Of a DNA stretch of 64,000 nucleotides, positions 1-16,562 are shown piece by piece. Source of the stretch: Octopus vulgaris (taxonomy: Eukaryota); assembly GCA_951406725.2 (NCBI GenBank), contig OX597818.1, positions 109,802,001-109,866,000 on the forward strand. Direction: 5' to 3'. The notes below the pieces were generated by a model. It had not been told where the DNA came from. It did no database searches and was given only the letters and a program-made list of their open reading frames with translations. The position numbers and the translations under genes are program-made. Positions within the stretch are counted from its first letter, which is position 1. Every line of letters begins with the position of its first letter.

Positions 1-1065
1 ATCTGAAAGACTATTAATAAATCTTTTAAAACATTTAGACATTACGTTCTTTATTTAACTTCAATATTTGCTGTCGATAAGACGGTGAGCTGGCGGAACT
101 GTTAGCATGCCGGACCAAATGCTAGCGGGATTTCATCCGTCTTTACGTTCTGTGTTTAAATTCCGCCTTTGTCGACTTTGCCTTTCATCCTTCCGGAGTT
201 GATAAAATAAGTACCATTTGAGCTCTAGGGGTGGGAGGGTAGATTTACCCACTTCCCCGAAATTTCTGGCCTTGTGCCAAATTTTAAAACCAACATTTGA
301 TGCCAGGCCATTTAAACAAAATGGACGCTCACAGTTCACACCATAGCTTTGATTCCTGTTTAGGATCAATTCGCTTCACTTTGGCCGCTGATTCTTTCAT
401 GAAATGTTACACAATTTTATTCTTCTTTCTAACAAATTTCTGACCTTTACACTATGTAAGACATTTATTTTTGAAACGACTAGAATTGAACTAAAAAGCT
501 GTAATTAGTGGGTTTAAATGCTCTGATTCCATTCATTCAATTATTCAATAGCTCATTTAATTGCAACTGCGTTCGCACCATTCTTTAGCTAAGATTATAT
601 CCGTATGAAACCTTGAGGCATGTTGTTTAATAATGACAATGCCTTAATTAAAATATAATCAACATAGCTTACAGCTCGATGTTCTGTGATTACCGAACAC
701 TGTCTAGAGTCCGGAAGATGAAAAATGAACATTCGAATTACTGTTTGGTTCTACAAGAACATTATATCCCCAAGGTAGACGTCGGCAGGAACCTCTCCGT
801 TTTCCTAATTACAACATATAAAACAACTTTCGCTGCCAGCTAGCATTAAATGAAACAACAAAAACGTTTTAGTGAAAAACTTAATTAAAGTAAAATAAAA
901 AAAAATGCGTTATACTGTTTTCGTAAATAGTCTACGATAATACCTATTACATGATATTATATTTTTCCGGCAGGTTCCCATACTATTCCTTCATTTGCAA
1001 ATCAGCTAACTCCCTAACTGATATCAACATACATACACACATACGTATGTATGTGAGTATGTGTG

Positions 1066-1432
<367 letters not shown>

Positions 1433-1665
1433 TATATATATATATATACATATATATGTATGTATAAGTATATATATGTGTGTGTATGTATATATATACA
1501 TATATATGTATGTATATATGTATATACATACATACATATATATACATACGCACGCATATACATATATGCATATGTATACATATATAAATGTATATATATG
1601 TGTGTATGTGTATATATATATATATACACACACTCATAGACACATACACAGACACACACACGCAC

Positions 1666-1702
<37 letters not shown>

Positions 1703-1909
1703 CATACACATAGACAAACAGAAAGGGAGAGGGAGGGAGAGAAAGAGAGAGAGAAAAAGAGTGAGAAAGGGAGAGGGAGAGGGAGAGAGAGAGAGTAATG
1801 GTTGCCGCTATAGTGTTTATATGCTCATTCCATCAGCATTTCTATTAAATAATTAATATTAGTAAGTCGTATCTCCCATTTAAAAACCGTGTCGTATTTT
1901 TTAAAACAT

Positions 1910-2215
1910 GTGAAGGCGTGTGGCCTAGTGGTTAAGCGCGTTGCACTCACGAACGAGACATTGTGGTTTCGATTCACAGACCAGCTGCGCATTGTGTTCT
2001 AGGGTAAAATACTTCATTTAATGTTGCTATTCCCTCCATTCAACCATAAATAGGTGACCCTGCGTCGGACTAGCCTTCCGATCAGGGAAAATGTTGGCCT
2101 GCTCACCTAGCTAGCGAGGTGGCACCATTCAAAAAACTAAAACGATGCAAAGCGCTTTGTGACCAGCGATGTATAACAACATCCGACAGGTTGGTCAATC
2201 ACGTGATCAAGTGAT
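1910..2215 (+). mobile_element. tRNA-derived SINE type C
   Basis: gaaggcgtgtggcctagtggtta..ggtttcgattc; related heads near 4720(-), 13362, 19660(-), 27520(-), 50700(-). Confidence 0.7.
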
Positions 2216-2661
2216 TGTCTAAAACGTAGAAGGCATACATAAAACAAAATCATTTATGTTAAAGAAAGGTGATTTGAACTTCACAATATCTCAAATATCT
2301 TACCTTGTCTTTTAAATCGGAACCTTCACCTTCCACGTAAAATAATCATTATTTGAGAATATAGTGACAAATGCAGACGTCGTCTAATGTTAAATGATAG
2401 ACATAGTTAATCTACAACGCGGTTTCGGTTCTAAAATGGCATCACTTCCGTTTTCATTTTACCCCACAGGATAACAAATAACTTCATTTGAAAATTGATA
2501 CTGGTGAGGATATCTTTTCTTTAATCTTTTTTTTTTTTTTTATGTGTTTCAGTCATTAGACTGCGGCCATGCTGGGGCACCGCCTTCCTGAATTTTAGTC
2601 GAACGAATCGGCACAAATACTTATTGCTTTCTTTTTTTTTTATAGCCTGGTACTTATCGGC

Positions 2662-3041
2662 CAGTTAGAATTTTCATCAGGCCGAGTAGCCCATCTCACT
2701 CAAGAGGTCACCGAATAAGGTATGTTTTAAGGATGATGAACGAAACACCCGTGTTTCCAAAGGTGAATTAGCCAAACCCCAAAGAATTCCTCTCAACACA
2801 TGGCTATGATGATCCCCCAACAATTCTGCTCATGATCAGAGATGCACATATCGTCAGCCACCAAGGGACATGGCCAACTGGTTAAGGTCAAACAACTGAC
2901 AAAGCAAATCTGTGGTATTGAGCAGAATATTTGCTGTAGCCCATCTTTTATACCAAAACAAAACAATGTACATGATCACACTTCTAATCAGTTAAGATCA
3001 GAAGCCATGAGAACCACTGCCTGGTACTGCATCAGGGCATT

Positions 3042-3042
<1 letters not shown>
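2662..3042. mobile_element. Truncated copy of the ~600-bp element
   Basis: Matches ~17290-17668. Confidence 0.7.
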
Positions 3043-3102
<60 letters not shown>

Positions 3103-3104
<2 letters not shown>

Positions 3105-3450
3105 CGCCTTAGTGTAGACGGAGGTATTGTTTATTTGTTTGCTTGTCGGTGGACAAGTTATCTCAAAAACCACTTGATGGATTCGGTTGAAACTTTCAGG
3201 GATATTTGCTCTCGTGACCGGCACAAACGGATTAGATTTTGGGATCGATCCGGTACCGGACAAGGATTCTGGATTGTTTTTCCGTTTTTTTTTACTTAAT
3301 TTTTGAGAGCGGTTGGGTTCATTTTTAGCATTCTCGTTTATATATATATATATTTCAGATATTCTCATTTTAAAAATCATTTCCGGCTAATCGTTCAGAG
3401 AACGTTGGTGTTGCCTTGGCGGAGGTTTGCACTCTTTGAGTGCTCTTCTT
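3103..3450 (+). mobile_element. Helentron/HINE-like non-autonomous element
   Basis: accgcc..ggaggtattg start, gccttggcggaggtttgcactc..gagtgc hairpin end. Confidence 0.5.
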
Positions 3451-3706
3451 CTTATTATTATTATTATATCTATCCTATGTTATATCGGCAAAACTCGGTA
3501 CGATTCCATAAAATTGCTGTTGCAGGATGAAATCATTAGGCCGTAGCTGATACAATTAACACAGGAGATTTTAAGTGCGAACTCAGGAACGTTTCCGGCA
3601 AACAAACTTAAAGGGTATAACTACGCACACACATACACGCACACGCATATGAATATGTATATGTATGTACATGTATATGCATGTATACATATACATGTAT
3701 ACATGT

Positions 3707-3748
<42 letters not shown>

Positions 3749-3749
3749 T

Positions 3750-3780
<31 letters not shown>

Positions 3781-3846
3781 ATGTATGTATATATATATCT
3801 GTATGTGTGTGTGTGTGTGTGTGTGTGCGTGTATGTGTGTGTGTAT

Positions 3847-3884
<38 letters not shown>

Positions 3885-5129
3885 CTATTTCTCTGTGTGT
3901 TTGTGTGTGTATATATATATATATGCATATATCTATGTGTGTGTGTGTATATATATTATATATATACATATATATACAGAGAGAGAGAGAGAGAGAGGGG
4001 GGGTGAGTGAGAAAGAGAGGGATATATATATATAGAGAGTGAGAGAGAGTGAGAGAGACAGAGAGAGAGAAAGAGAGAAGCAGTTATGCGGATAAACAAG
4101 TTAAATATAACCGCTCGGTTTTGATATACAAAATATGAATGCATGCAAATAAATAAATAAATAAATGCATGTAAAAAAATAAAAAAATAAAAGAAAGCAA
4201 AAACTGAAGGTTTCAAACGATGACTATTTAAGTATAAGCATATAGATATTTATTATATTTATAGATCGAACTTACTCGGAGTACAAATCGATAGAGAAAA
4301 TTAAAGGGGAAGAAGTAAGTTCTAAGGTGTCATATTTGAGCAGTGCTGAGTTTTCTACACCGAAAATCGCTGGATCTCATCTGTTATCGTGGCACTCCGT
4401 CGGTTGCGACGACGAGGGTTACAGTTGATCCGATCAAAAGAACAGACTGCTCGTGAAATTAATGTGCAAATGGCTGAGCACCCTACAGTAAGCTGTTTGA
4501 AATTTATTGTCTTCAACGTGGGCTCACTTTCAAGCAGTGGTCAAGAAATGACCTTAAGATGTGGTGAAAGAATACAGCAGGGTTCGCCTCCCCCCCCTGT
4601 CGGGTGTACCTTTAGGTGTTTTCGCTTAATAAACATTCACAACGCCCGGTCTGGGAACCGAAATCGCGATCCTACGACCGTGAGTCCGCAGCCCTAACCA
4701 CTGGGCCATTGCGCCTCCACTCATCTGTTATATATCTAGTATAATAATACTCTTGTATTTTTCTCCGTCACAACATGAATGAGAAAGGAAACGGTGATAG
4801 ATGAATAAAGAAGGAAGGGGTGATGGCAAACTGGTGGGATGGTGAACATTCAACGCCGAAAAGAAAAATCAAACAGCGTTTCAACTCTGTGTGAGTATAT
4901 GTGTGTTTGCGTGTCTATGTGTACAAGGGAAGTATGTGAATATATGTGAATGTATGTGAACATTGGCAAGTGTATTAATTTGATTTACCATCCATATTCA
5001 TATACAAAATACTAGAATTAGCTCGTCATTTTTGACTTCATGGGGTCAGCTAGTATATATATATATATAACTACATATATAATACTCTTTTATTCTTTTG
5101 ATTTAACTCGAGATTCATGGCCATGCTGG

Positions 5130-5580
5130 AGCACGACAAAAATTGTGTTGCTTCATCTTCCTTAATCCCCCATTAATAGGTGGCATTCGGTGAATGAGGG
5201 AACTTGATACTGTTACCCTTATTTGCATGTCTTGTCGTGAGGTTGGTTCATCCGGGACTCTTGACAGTCGGAGATCCAGTTTAGTTTTGAAGATATCTAC
5301 ACCCACTCCGGTTACATCTCTCAAGTCTTTCGCAAAGTTACTGAAGAGCTGTGGTTCTTTGAATCCCAAACTATTGCAGTATCTGGTCCTGTATTTTGAA
5401 AGAAAGGGCGGGGTGTTTGGCACTATGCAATGACGCTCTATTTTGGCGTTTGTATGACTTTCAATGCCAAAGTTTGGGACAGGTTCTTCTAAAATATTCC
5501 AGATGTATATTACAGTAAACCTTTCCTACCGTCGTTCCAGGAAGTAGAATCTTAACCTTTTGGCGTTTTCCAGTAAATAA
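5130..5580 (-). mobile_element. CR1/L2-group LINE 3' fragment
   Basis: RYCNSLGFKEPQLF..DIFKTKLDLRLSRVPDEP C-terminal motif. Confidence 0.7.
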
Positions 5581-5598
5581 TCTCACTGACTGTTTGTC

Positions 5599-6022
<424 letters not shown>

Positions 6023-6588
6023 ATATATGTATATATATATATATATATATATTATTACTATCATTTTTATTATATATGATATAACAATCTGAAATGTAAT
6101 TATAAATTGGTCTATGCAAATTTATATAATTAGAAAATAATATAAATAAAGTGTTAAAATCTGAAAGTTAAGTTAACAAGCAATTATATAAAAAAGATAA
6201 TGCAAATGAAGCTAAAATGATAATTTTATAATTTGGGGTTTATTAGCAGCCTTTATTGCAGGGGAGTTTGAGAAACACAAATTGAAGAACTCAAAAGAGT
6301 TGTCTCCCCTTATTCACAACACAGGAACTGAAGAACCACAATTACTACCTGTTTTGCCAACATCCTTAATTAAACCAAACAACACATGGTCTTAATCCCA
6401 TTGGATTTTAATACCTCATGGTAATTTTTTCGTGAACAATCATTAAACTCAAGATACACAACGAATTCACAATGTATCGGAGTACTTATTTTTTAATTTT
6501 TGTACATATTTATTATTATTCTTTTGCAAAAAACAATGCAACTTTCTTTTTTTCCCCTTTCTCACTTTAAAAAAAAAATTTACCTAAC

Positions 6589-6630
6589 TATTCTTGATAA
6601 GTCACATTATGACGAAAACCGGTTTGAATA
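6589..6630 (+). ncRNA. Minimal hammerhead ribozyme, U3-A8 core variant
   Basis: tattc-TTGATAA-gtca catta tgac-GAAA-accggt-TT-gaata; perfect helices I and II, next to (TA)n. Confidence 0.7.
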
Positions 6631-6645
6631 AATATATATATATAT

Positions 6646-7049
6646 CTAGCAGTATCGCCCGGCGTTGCTTGGGTTTGGGTTGTAAGGGAAATAACTATAT
6701 AAGCATTTTTAGAGAGTTATAGCCAAAAAATAGGAAAAAAATGTATTAAAAATGGAAAAAAAAATTAAGGTAAATTTCTTTTTAAATCGTTGACACATCG
6801 TAGATATTTTTAGAGAGTTACTTCCCTTATATAATAGCGAAAAAATGCATTAAAATGGAAAAATATGATGGTAAATTTTTTTAAATCGTAGACTCATCGT
6901 AGACGCGCGCTAATACCCAGAAGGGCTCGATATGACTCACAACTATAAGATACCCGGTTTTGGTTACACTGCACCGCAAAATGTGGGAGTAGTTAGGAAT
7001 CTAAATCGTAGGAGACAGACACACAACTTCACTCTTATATATAAAGATA
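6646..7049 (-). mobile_element. Non-autonomous Helitron
   Basis: Minus strand starts TC, ends ccc..caacgccggg hairpin + CTAG. Confidence 0.7.
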
Positions 7050-7155
7050 TAAGCCACGTAGTTATATACACATACTTTGTTATATACGCATTCTTAAAAG
7101 AAAATGTTATTTTGAATACAACATTTATAAAGAATAAAATATTTTTTGGTTTTTC

Positions 7156-7900
7156 TTAACCCTTTCGTTACTATATTTCTGACCAAAATACACCCCTTAT
7201 GTGTTTCAATTAATTTCTAACGTAATCATAAATTTAGTCTGGTTTCATTAAACAACAATAACTTTTTTATTTATCAATATATTAATGTGATTTTTGGAAG
7301 ATAATTTAATGAAATGTCCTCAACCAATTCTATACTATAATTTTTGTCACAAAGTGACTCTAATTGCAGGTAGATACAGGTAAATTCAACAATATATAAA
7401 ATTATTAAAATTTTGTTCAAACATCGCTATAGAAAATGGGTTATTAGCTAATATTCAATTGGGTATACAACAAAATTTTACGATAGAATTTGTTATTCTG
7501 GGTAACTTTCTGATACCCATAATAATATTTATGGCAAAATAGACCTTAATTTCATTTAAGGTTGTGGGAAATAACAAACTATCCTTTCTTTCGTTTTGTT
7601 TACATTTTAGCGTAACAGTTCGTTTCTGCCGTAATGATTTCAAATAGGCTCATTCGAAAAAGTAAATAGAAATAGTTTAAGGCTTTACTCTTCTGGGAAA
7701 GTCTGTGGCTTGGTGCAGTTTCTTCAGAAAAATCACCGAAAGAAACAGTTTTTAAATTTTCACTCCATTCAGGTACCAATTCGTTTTCTTTATCGCTGTC
7801 GGATTCACTGTTTTCACTTTAATAGCTGCAAACTTGCAAAGACAAAGGAGGAGAAGGGTGATTGCGTCAGTGAAACAGTTCGCTCCGTTTGTGTGTGTGT
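7156..7900 (-). mobile_element. piggyBac remnant
   Basis: TTAA-CCCT terminus at 7156; transposase-like EIKVYFAINIIMGIRKLP (7455-7643). Confidence 0.6.
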
Positions 7901-8217
7901 GCATTTGCGTGTGGTGTAAACCACATTAGAAAAGCATTTGACATACACACCAGAATGTGAGTTTTCTGTAAATTTTGCTTAATTGGAGTTTAAATTTTAA
8001 AAACTGGACCTGGCATGACCCGATGCATTCTACTCTTAAAAATGCTAGGTAAATTGTAATTGAAGAAATCCTATATTGTAGATTTCTATAACTGACAAAG
8101 GGAGGCAGATAAAATCTGCCTTTTATAATAAGAGATATATATATATATATTATATATATATATATTATATATATATATATTATATATGATATATATATGT
8201 ATTATATATTATATTTT

Positions 8218-8280
<63 letters not shown>

Positions 8281-8286
<6 letters not shown>

Positions 8287-8830
8287 GCCCCCTCGTTATC
8301 GAGTATGGCCATTGCACAAAGCTTAATCAATGTTGTTATCGTGCAATGCCTGTGCAAGAAGATTTTTTGTAAAGTGAGGAAAGGCTGTGCACTGAGTCCA
8401 TCTCACTCACTAAGCAACAGCAGCCATAATCCGAAAAGAAGAACAAGTCAACATCATTGGTAACCACTGACCTGCAGGTTTTATGTCGGAGTTATCCCAG
8501 TTACCCGAGTTACCTTCTCCTAGAAGGATGCCCTAACAAAGGCTAGGAGTCTTTCACTCCCAATGGTTTAACCGCGCGATCGGTATTCAGTCCGATTATT
8601 TCTATGTCCCCGAGCATGATAAAGCCTTAAGACATTTATTGGATGGCTGTTGACTCTCAAGAGTTCCTCCGCCCTCTGACGGGTTTTGTTTTTCATCCCG
8701 CAGGGTGTCCAATAAACACCCTCCTCACCAAGCAAGCTTGGTGCGGTTGCCGGTTTAGTCGCCGACGAACCGACCATGCAACAGGTTGTACTGGGTTACA
8801 TGTTACCAGCAGCACTCGAAAGTGACCTGA
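8281..8830. mobile_element. Interspersed repeat (possibly RTE-related) between (TA)n tracts; partial copy at 13185-13350
   Basis: 8640-8800 is reverse-complement similar to 13188-13350. Confidence 0.5.
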
Positions 8831-9232
8831 CATATATATATATATATATCAAAGCAGTTTGATTCAAATTCCTTGGTATATTTGAGCCTCAAAAGTGATG
8901 CTAATCGTCAGCCATTTTGAATTTGAATGACAGAAGTTGATTGTTATTACCGTAAGGTGAGCTGCGATTGGTCGAGTAAGGTCACACGGTGTTGTGGTTT
9001 GATGTTAGTATATGGGTAACAGTTAGTTGGAAGATACTGCATGGTGAGCAGGACGTCGACTGCATGACGGGCAGGAATAGACTACGGGGTGGTTAGGAAA
9101 TCGGTCAGGTTGTTGGAGAAGTAAAATGGGGTGGTATGTGCAAGTATATAGTTGTATATGTGGGTGTACAGACGCGGTCATATGGTCTTGCGTGCATATG
9201 TATATCGATGCGAGCGTGTGCATCTGTACAGC

Positions 9233-9270
<38 letters not shown>

Positions 9271-9437
9271 GCTGTAACCGGAATTAGTGATAACTTGGCA
9301 GGATGTATCGTCATGTCGCAAAGTGTTGAAAGCCCCTTGATATAAACAGGCATTTGCCAACGGAATATGCAATATGTGGTAGTTTGAAGGACTGAACACT
9401 TCACAAACACGCAGCAGGTAATATTTCAGTAGAATAA

Positions 9438-9835
9438 AGGCGGCGAGCTGGCAGAAACTTTAGCGCGCCGGACGAAATGCTTAGCGTTATTTCGTCTGTC
9501 TTTATGTTCTGAGTTCAAATTCCGCCGAGGTCGACTTTGCCTTTCATCCTTTCGGGGTGGATAAATTAAGTAACAGTTACGCACTGGGGTCGGTGTAATC
9601 GACTTAATACCTATGTGTGTCCTTGTTTGTCCCCTCTATGTTTAGCCCCTTATGGGTAATAAAAAAATAGGTATTTCGTCTGTCTTTATGTTCTGAGTTC
9701 AAATTCCGCCGAAGTCGACTTTGCCTTTCATCTTTTCGGGGGTTGATAAATTAAGTATCAGTTGCGTACTGGTGTCGATCTAATCGACTGGCCCACTCCC
9801 CACAAATTCGTGCCTTGCGCCTGGAGTAGAAAAGA
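9438..9835 (+). mobile_element. tRNA-derived SINE type A (probable Meta-domain) with internal duplication and 17-bp TSD
   Basis: ggcggcgagctggcagaa..gttcaaattcc..gtcgactttgcctttcatcc; TSD aatatttcagtagaata. Other copies near 80, 16589, 16821, 17748, 17987, 20870, 21235(-), 30330(-), 32688, 47678, 56770(-), 60550. Confidence 0.85.
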
Positions 9836-10025
9836 ATATTTCAGTAGAATACACTGAAACAGCAGAAAAAGACAGGATTGCTTAGGGAAACAACGCACTA
9901 CCTCTTGAAGGAATTGAACCCTTAACCAATTACACTAATCCGAACACCTGGCCAGTAGACCACAGGCTTTTACTCACTCTCACTCTTTCTCTATCTCTTT
10001 CTCCCTCTCTCGATTTATCTATCTG

Positions 10026-10143
<118 letters not shown>

Positions 10144-10656
10144 CATCTATCACTTTCCTCTCTGGTCGATCTCTCATCAACTTTTTCAAGTATTACTTGA
10201 AAAGGAAAGTGTGAGTAGAGAGGCAAGTTTTGTCTAGCGAATGTTTCAAAAAAAAGATGGGTGAATGTTGCAAGGATGGCACGTATGAATGACGAAGCCA
10301 CCTTGAGCATAATCCTATGAACCCGGAAAATTTAAAACAGAGTGTTACCTACTTGCAAACAAATGTGGTAACATGTAACATCATTGACCGAGGTTACCGT
10401 GGTCTTTTCCGTAGGCTTTTCTTCCCACGGATAAACCTTGTCTGCTTCCCCCTTTACACTTTACACCATGACACTGTGATACATGATCCCCATAGATCGT
10501 TTTTTTCCCTTTTTTCCCCTTTTTTCTTCTTTCCCTTTTACGATGCCTTTTGATCGAAAACTTAACCCACCTTTTTTTTCTCTCCCCCCAAAAGAAAAGC
10601 TCTACTTTGTAATCTGTCCCGTCTGTGTGCAGCCCTGTATGGCTAATAAAGAAACA

Positions 10657-10791
<135 letters not shown>

Positions 10792-10972
10792 ATATATATA
10801 TGTATATATATATATAGGAGTGGCTGTGTGGTAAGTAGCTTGCTAACCAATCACATGGTTCTGGGTTCAGTCCTACTGCGTGGCATCTTGGGCAAGTGTC
10901 TTCTGCTATAGCCTCGGGCCGACCAAAGCCTTGTGAGTGGATTTGGTAGACGGAAACTGAAAGAAGCCTGTC

Positions 10973-11028
<56 letters not shown>

Positions 11029-11267
11029 ATGTGTGTGTATATGTTTGTGTGTCTGTGTTTGTCCCTCTAGCATTGCTTGACACAAACACAGACAACCGAT
11101 GATGGTGTGTTCACGTCTCCGTCACTTAGCGGTTCGGCAAAAGAGACCGATAGAATAAGTACTGGGCTTACAAAGAATAAGTCCCGGGGTCGATTTGCTC
11201 GACTAAAGGCGGTGCTCCAGCATGGCCGCAGTCAAATGACTGAAACAAGTAAAAAGAGTAAAAAAGA

Positions 11268-11325
<58 letters not shown>

Positions 11326-12128
11326 AGATAGATAAAGATAGATAAAGATAGATAAAGATAGATAGGTAAATAGATGGGGGGCTGTGTGTGTTTATATGTG
11401 TGTAAAATGGCCGTGTTGAATGCAAAAAGCAATGTTGTTAAAAGGAAGCCTAACAGTAGTTTGGTATTTCCGGGAAAAGATAAGTACCGGGCTTGGCTAA
11501 AATCATGAGGATGGTGCTCCAGCTTGGCCACTGTCTCGTGATTGAGAACAGCAACTGAATGTAAACAATGAATAAATAAATAAGTTTATAAAGTAACCTA
11601 CGCCCACATGCATATAATACACACACTCACACACACATTTACAAACATATTTGCACACACACACACACACACACACATTTATATATATATGTATGCGGGT
11701 GATGACTGTGTGCGCGTGCGAGCATTTGTGCATGTGTGTGTATGTATGTGTGTGTATATATGTGTGTGCATGTGTGTATGTGTGTGTGTGTGTGCGTGTG
11801 TTTTGCATACACACCCATTGGCTGTAATACACACACGTCATACTACGAAGTTACTTTGTGGAAACTACATCGATCTGGTGTCCTGCCTCGTAGTCAAATA
11901 TCGTCTGCTCCTCCTTCTAGAATGTTCAACGCACACGCAAATACACACACACACACACACACACACACAAATGCGCACGCGCGCCTTCATCCGCTCGTAT
12001 GTACTCACTCACATCAAGACGGACACCTACACACACGAGCGTTCGATTGTCTCATCCACTCCATTAGACAATCTCACGCTCACTCCGCTCTCCTCTGCTA
12101 TTGCTTGCAGTTTTCCCCTCCTACTTTG

Positions 12129-12179
<51 letters not shown>

Positions 12180-13680
12180 TACACACACATACCCACACAC
12201 ATACGCATACACACACACACACACACACACACAACTTACAAGCATTCAAACAGAATTACTCTTTGAAAATATTTCGAATCCACAAAATGCACCCACACAC
12301 ACACACTAACACACACACACTAATACTCACACACACACTAACACACCCTAACACACACTCACACACACACACACTAATACTCACACACAAACTAACACAC
12401 ACACAAATTAACACACACACACGCACACACACACACACACAAACACACGCTCACGCTAACACACGCTTACACTTGCATTTTCAGTTTCATAGTATTTGCT
12501 TATATTTTAATACAAGACGCACACACATACACGCGCACACACACACACACACATACACCCACACATATATGTCAAACCTTATGGCTGATTTCGGTAAAAT
12601 AATAAAAGCGATCTATGTATTGGGGATCTCCGTCGTTCAACGATGAGGATTCAGTTGTTTGATCTCAACTGTATTATCTCCTCTTGAATTAAAGGGTATG
12701 CGGCTGAGTATTCCAGAGACACATGTATCCTTAATGTAATACTCGGGCAGTGTCAGTAGGACACTGTGTGACAAAGTTGTACTTTTGAAATACAAGAACA
12801 ATCCATTGGACGCATTTGTATTCGAGGGGCTGCTGAAAAGTTCTTGACTTTAAGGGTATCACAAAAGCCCGGTTCGAGGCCCAACCTTCCGAATTATTTT
12901 ACAGAGCTTACAAAAACTGAAGGCCCGCTTCAATAAGTATAAGAAGGGAATACGTTGAATAAAATCAACTGATGCCCCTGTATCTTCTGTGACCCAAAGC
13001 CAAGAAATTTTCAATTCACCCACAAAATAGGAATCGAGGCAATTAAAACTGTCATTTACTCTTGAAGTGACGCAGCAGGATCGAAACTATGACCTCGAAG
13101 TTGCGAAGACGACCATACAGTTTTGCTTCATTGAGATCTTTTCCAAGCAGGCGATGTTTTGCTTGTATTGTGAGATCACCCTCGAACGCAGCTGGTAACC
13201 CAGTACAACCTGTTGCATGATCGGGTCATCGGCGATCAAACTGGTAACCCCACCAAGCTTGCTGCGTGAGGAGGGTGATTGTTGGACACCCTGCAGGACG
13301 GAAAACAAAAACCGTCAAAGGGTGGAGGAACTGAAGGAAGACAATGCCCACCCATTATATGTGAAGGCGCGCAGCTATGGGGTTAGAGCATTGTGCTCAC
13401 GATCGCGAGGCCATGGTTTCGATCCCAGACCGGCTGTGCATTGTGTTCCCGAGTAAAACACTTCATTTCATGTCGCTCCAATCCACTCAGCTGGTCAGGA
13501 GTAACCTTGTGATGTATTGGCGTAGAAATGGCTGTGTGGTAAGTAGTTTGCTTACCAACTACATGGTTCAAGGTACAATCCCACAGCGTGCCACTTTGGG
13601 TAAGTGTCTTCTACTATAGTCTCGGGCTGACCAAAGCCTCGTGATTGGATTTGGTAGACGGAAACTGAAAGAAACTCGTC

Positions 13681-13749
<69 letters not shown>

Positions 13750-13752
<3 letters not shown>

Positions 13753-13931
13753 GGAGAGTTCACGAAAAAAACAAAAGACGAAGACAGGTGGTGTACAAAA
13801 CAAACAGATGTATTAGTATAACGCTCAGGAATAGAAAAAGTCTTTTACGTTTCGAGCCTACGCTCTTCAACAGAAAGGGACACAGAAAAAACAAGGAGAG
13901 AAAAAATGCATGTAGTGGCTAACGATCTATC
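13750..13931 (-). mobile_element. Short HHR-like PLE-derived element (family B) inside the (TA)n of a SINE
   Basis: Minus strand CTGTTGA-agagc gtag gctc-GAAAC-GTA-aaaga; sibling at 28160-28340. Confidence 0.65.
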
Positions 13932-14031
<100 letters not shown>

Positions 14032-14756
14032 TTGTCCCCCACTATCGCTTGACAACCGATGCTGGTGTGTTTACGTCCCCGTAACTTAGCGGTGCAGCAA
14101 AAGTGACTGATAGAATACGTACTAGGCTTACAAAGAATAAGTCCTGGGGTCGATTTGCTCCACTAAAGACGGTGCTCCAGCATGGCCGCGGTCAAATGGC
14201 TGAAACAAACAAGAGAAAGGGTGAGATGGCGACTCGGGGCAATCAGCCGAACTGAAGTCTCGTGATCCACGTCTTGTATTCAACGATTGAAAGGAGGAAT
14301 ACTGAATCTCATAATGTGAATCCCAATTGGTTGGGGTTGGTTGATGGTGTACGATGAACGATGGAGATGGGTCTGTAGGCATCTTGAAAAATATTGCCGT
14401 TCCAGTTAACACCCATATTTGGATAGAAGGATAACAAATCATTTTCGACCATTTAACAGTATTTTGTGTATGTAAATAATTCTAAAGAGTTCAATTGAGG
14501 CAATCGACAATTCTAACGCCAGTCACTCCTTGCAAAGAATCTTGCTACAATGTTCTAGATTAATTGTACCATGCAGGCGCGGGCGTGGCTGTGTGGTAAG
14601 AATCTCGCTTCCCAATCACATGGTTCCAAGTTCAGTCTCACTACGTGGCACCCTTGGGCAAATATCTTCTATTATAACTTTGAAGCAACCAAAGCCTTGT
14701 GAGTGGATTTGGTAGACGGAAACTAAAAGAATCCTATCATACATACATACATACAT

Positions 14757-14829
<73 letters not shown>

Positions 14830-14830
14830 A

Positions 14831-15138
<308 letters not shown>

Positions 15139-15163
15139 CATACATATATACATACATATATAC

Positions 15164-15215
<52 letters not shown>

Positions 15216-15415
15216 ATGGTAGTGTATGTGTATGAGTTGTGTTTGTCCAACACCACCACTTAACTGGTGTTGGTGTATTTATATCTCCGTAACTTAGCGG
15301 TTCGCCAAAAGATATCTATAGAATAGGTGCCACGCTTTAAAAACAATTAATAAGTCTTGGGCGGTGATCCAGTATGGACGCAGTCTAATGACTGAAACAA
15401 GTAAAAGAATGAAAG

Positions 15416-15467
<52 letters not shown>

Positions 15468-15721
15468 AAACACGAGAGTTTATATAATATTCACATATTG
15501 GGTGTAAGTTTGAGAAAGTATATGTTGTTGAATGATGGATGCATGTGTAAATAACCTTATATCCTGCTATTTTATTGCATGTATGTATATAAGTGTGTAT
15601 ATGTAAGTGTCACATCACGCCCATCCATGACCTCCACCTCTCTACACAATTATATGCGCACGCATATAATTGTGGTTTGTATGTCTGCAGAAGAGAATGA
15701 ATAATTCTCTCTCTCTCTCTC

Positions 15722-15805
<84 letters not shown>

Positions 15806-16511
15806 AAGAGTGTGTATACGTAGGTATTTGCGCATGCGTAAGTGTAAGCGCCCGTGTGTGTGTGTGTGTTGTGTGTGTGGTTGCGTGTATGTAGCGCGCG
15901 CGTGTGAATGTGTAATATGGGGCGATTGATATTAATATTGTAACACATTATTGGGAATAAACAATAATACTTGTCGCATACACAATACACACGCGTACAC
16001 GTACATACATATATATATATACCCACATACATATATACAAGCACACATGCACCCATGCGTACACAAGCGGATTCTCCACTAGAGACACAAGCAAGAAGGC
16101 CGGCTCATCTCGCTTCCTCCGCACTGTTATAGGACAGACGCCATTCTGGCCACATCCCATTTTAATAATCAGTGGAAGTAAAACGAGAGACGAGGCGTTA
16201 TTTAAGAAAGCTGTTAAGTTCAGCCAATATTATATATATATGTATATATTTGTAGCATTTTGTCTATATTATTATTTACTGCCAAAATAATCTGGTTGGC
16301 AGTTTTCCCGCTGTCATCTATATTACACTTAGATTTCGTATCCGATCGGACCTCTGAAGACCGTCTAAAGATAACATCTACTTGAAAAAGCGAAGGTAAA
16401 TAACTTTAAAGAATTTTTTTTTTTATTGTGTTTGTAATTATCAACGTTTTCTCTTGTAACGTCGCTGTTCTTCACGAACGATGGGAGCTTTTTCTTGGTT
16501 CGTTTGTTAAC

Positions 16512-16562
<51 letters not shown>

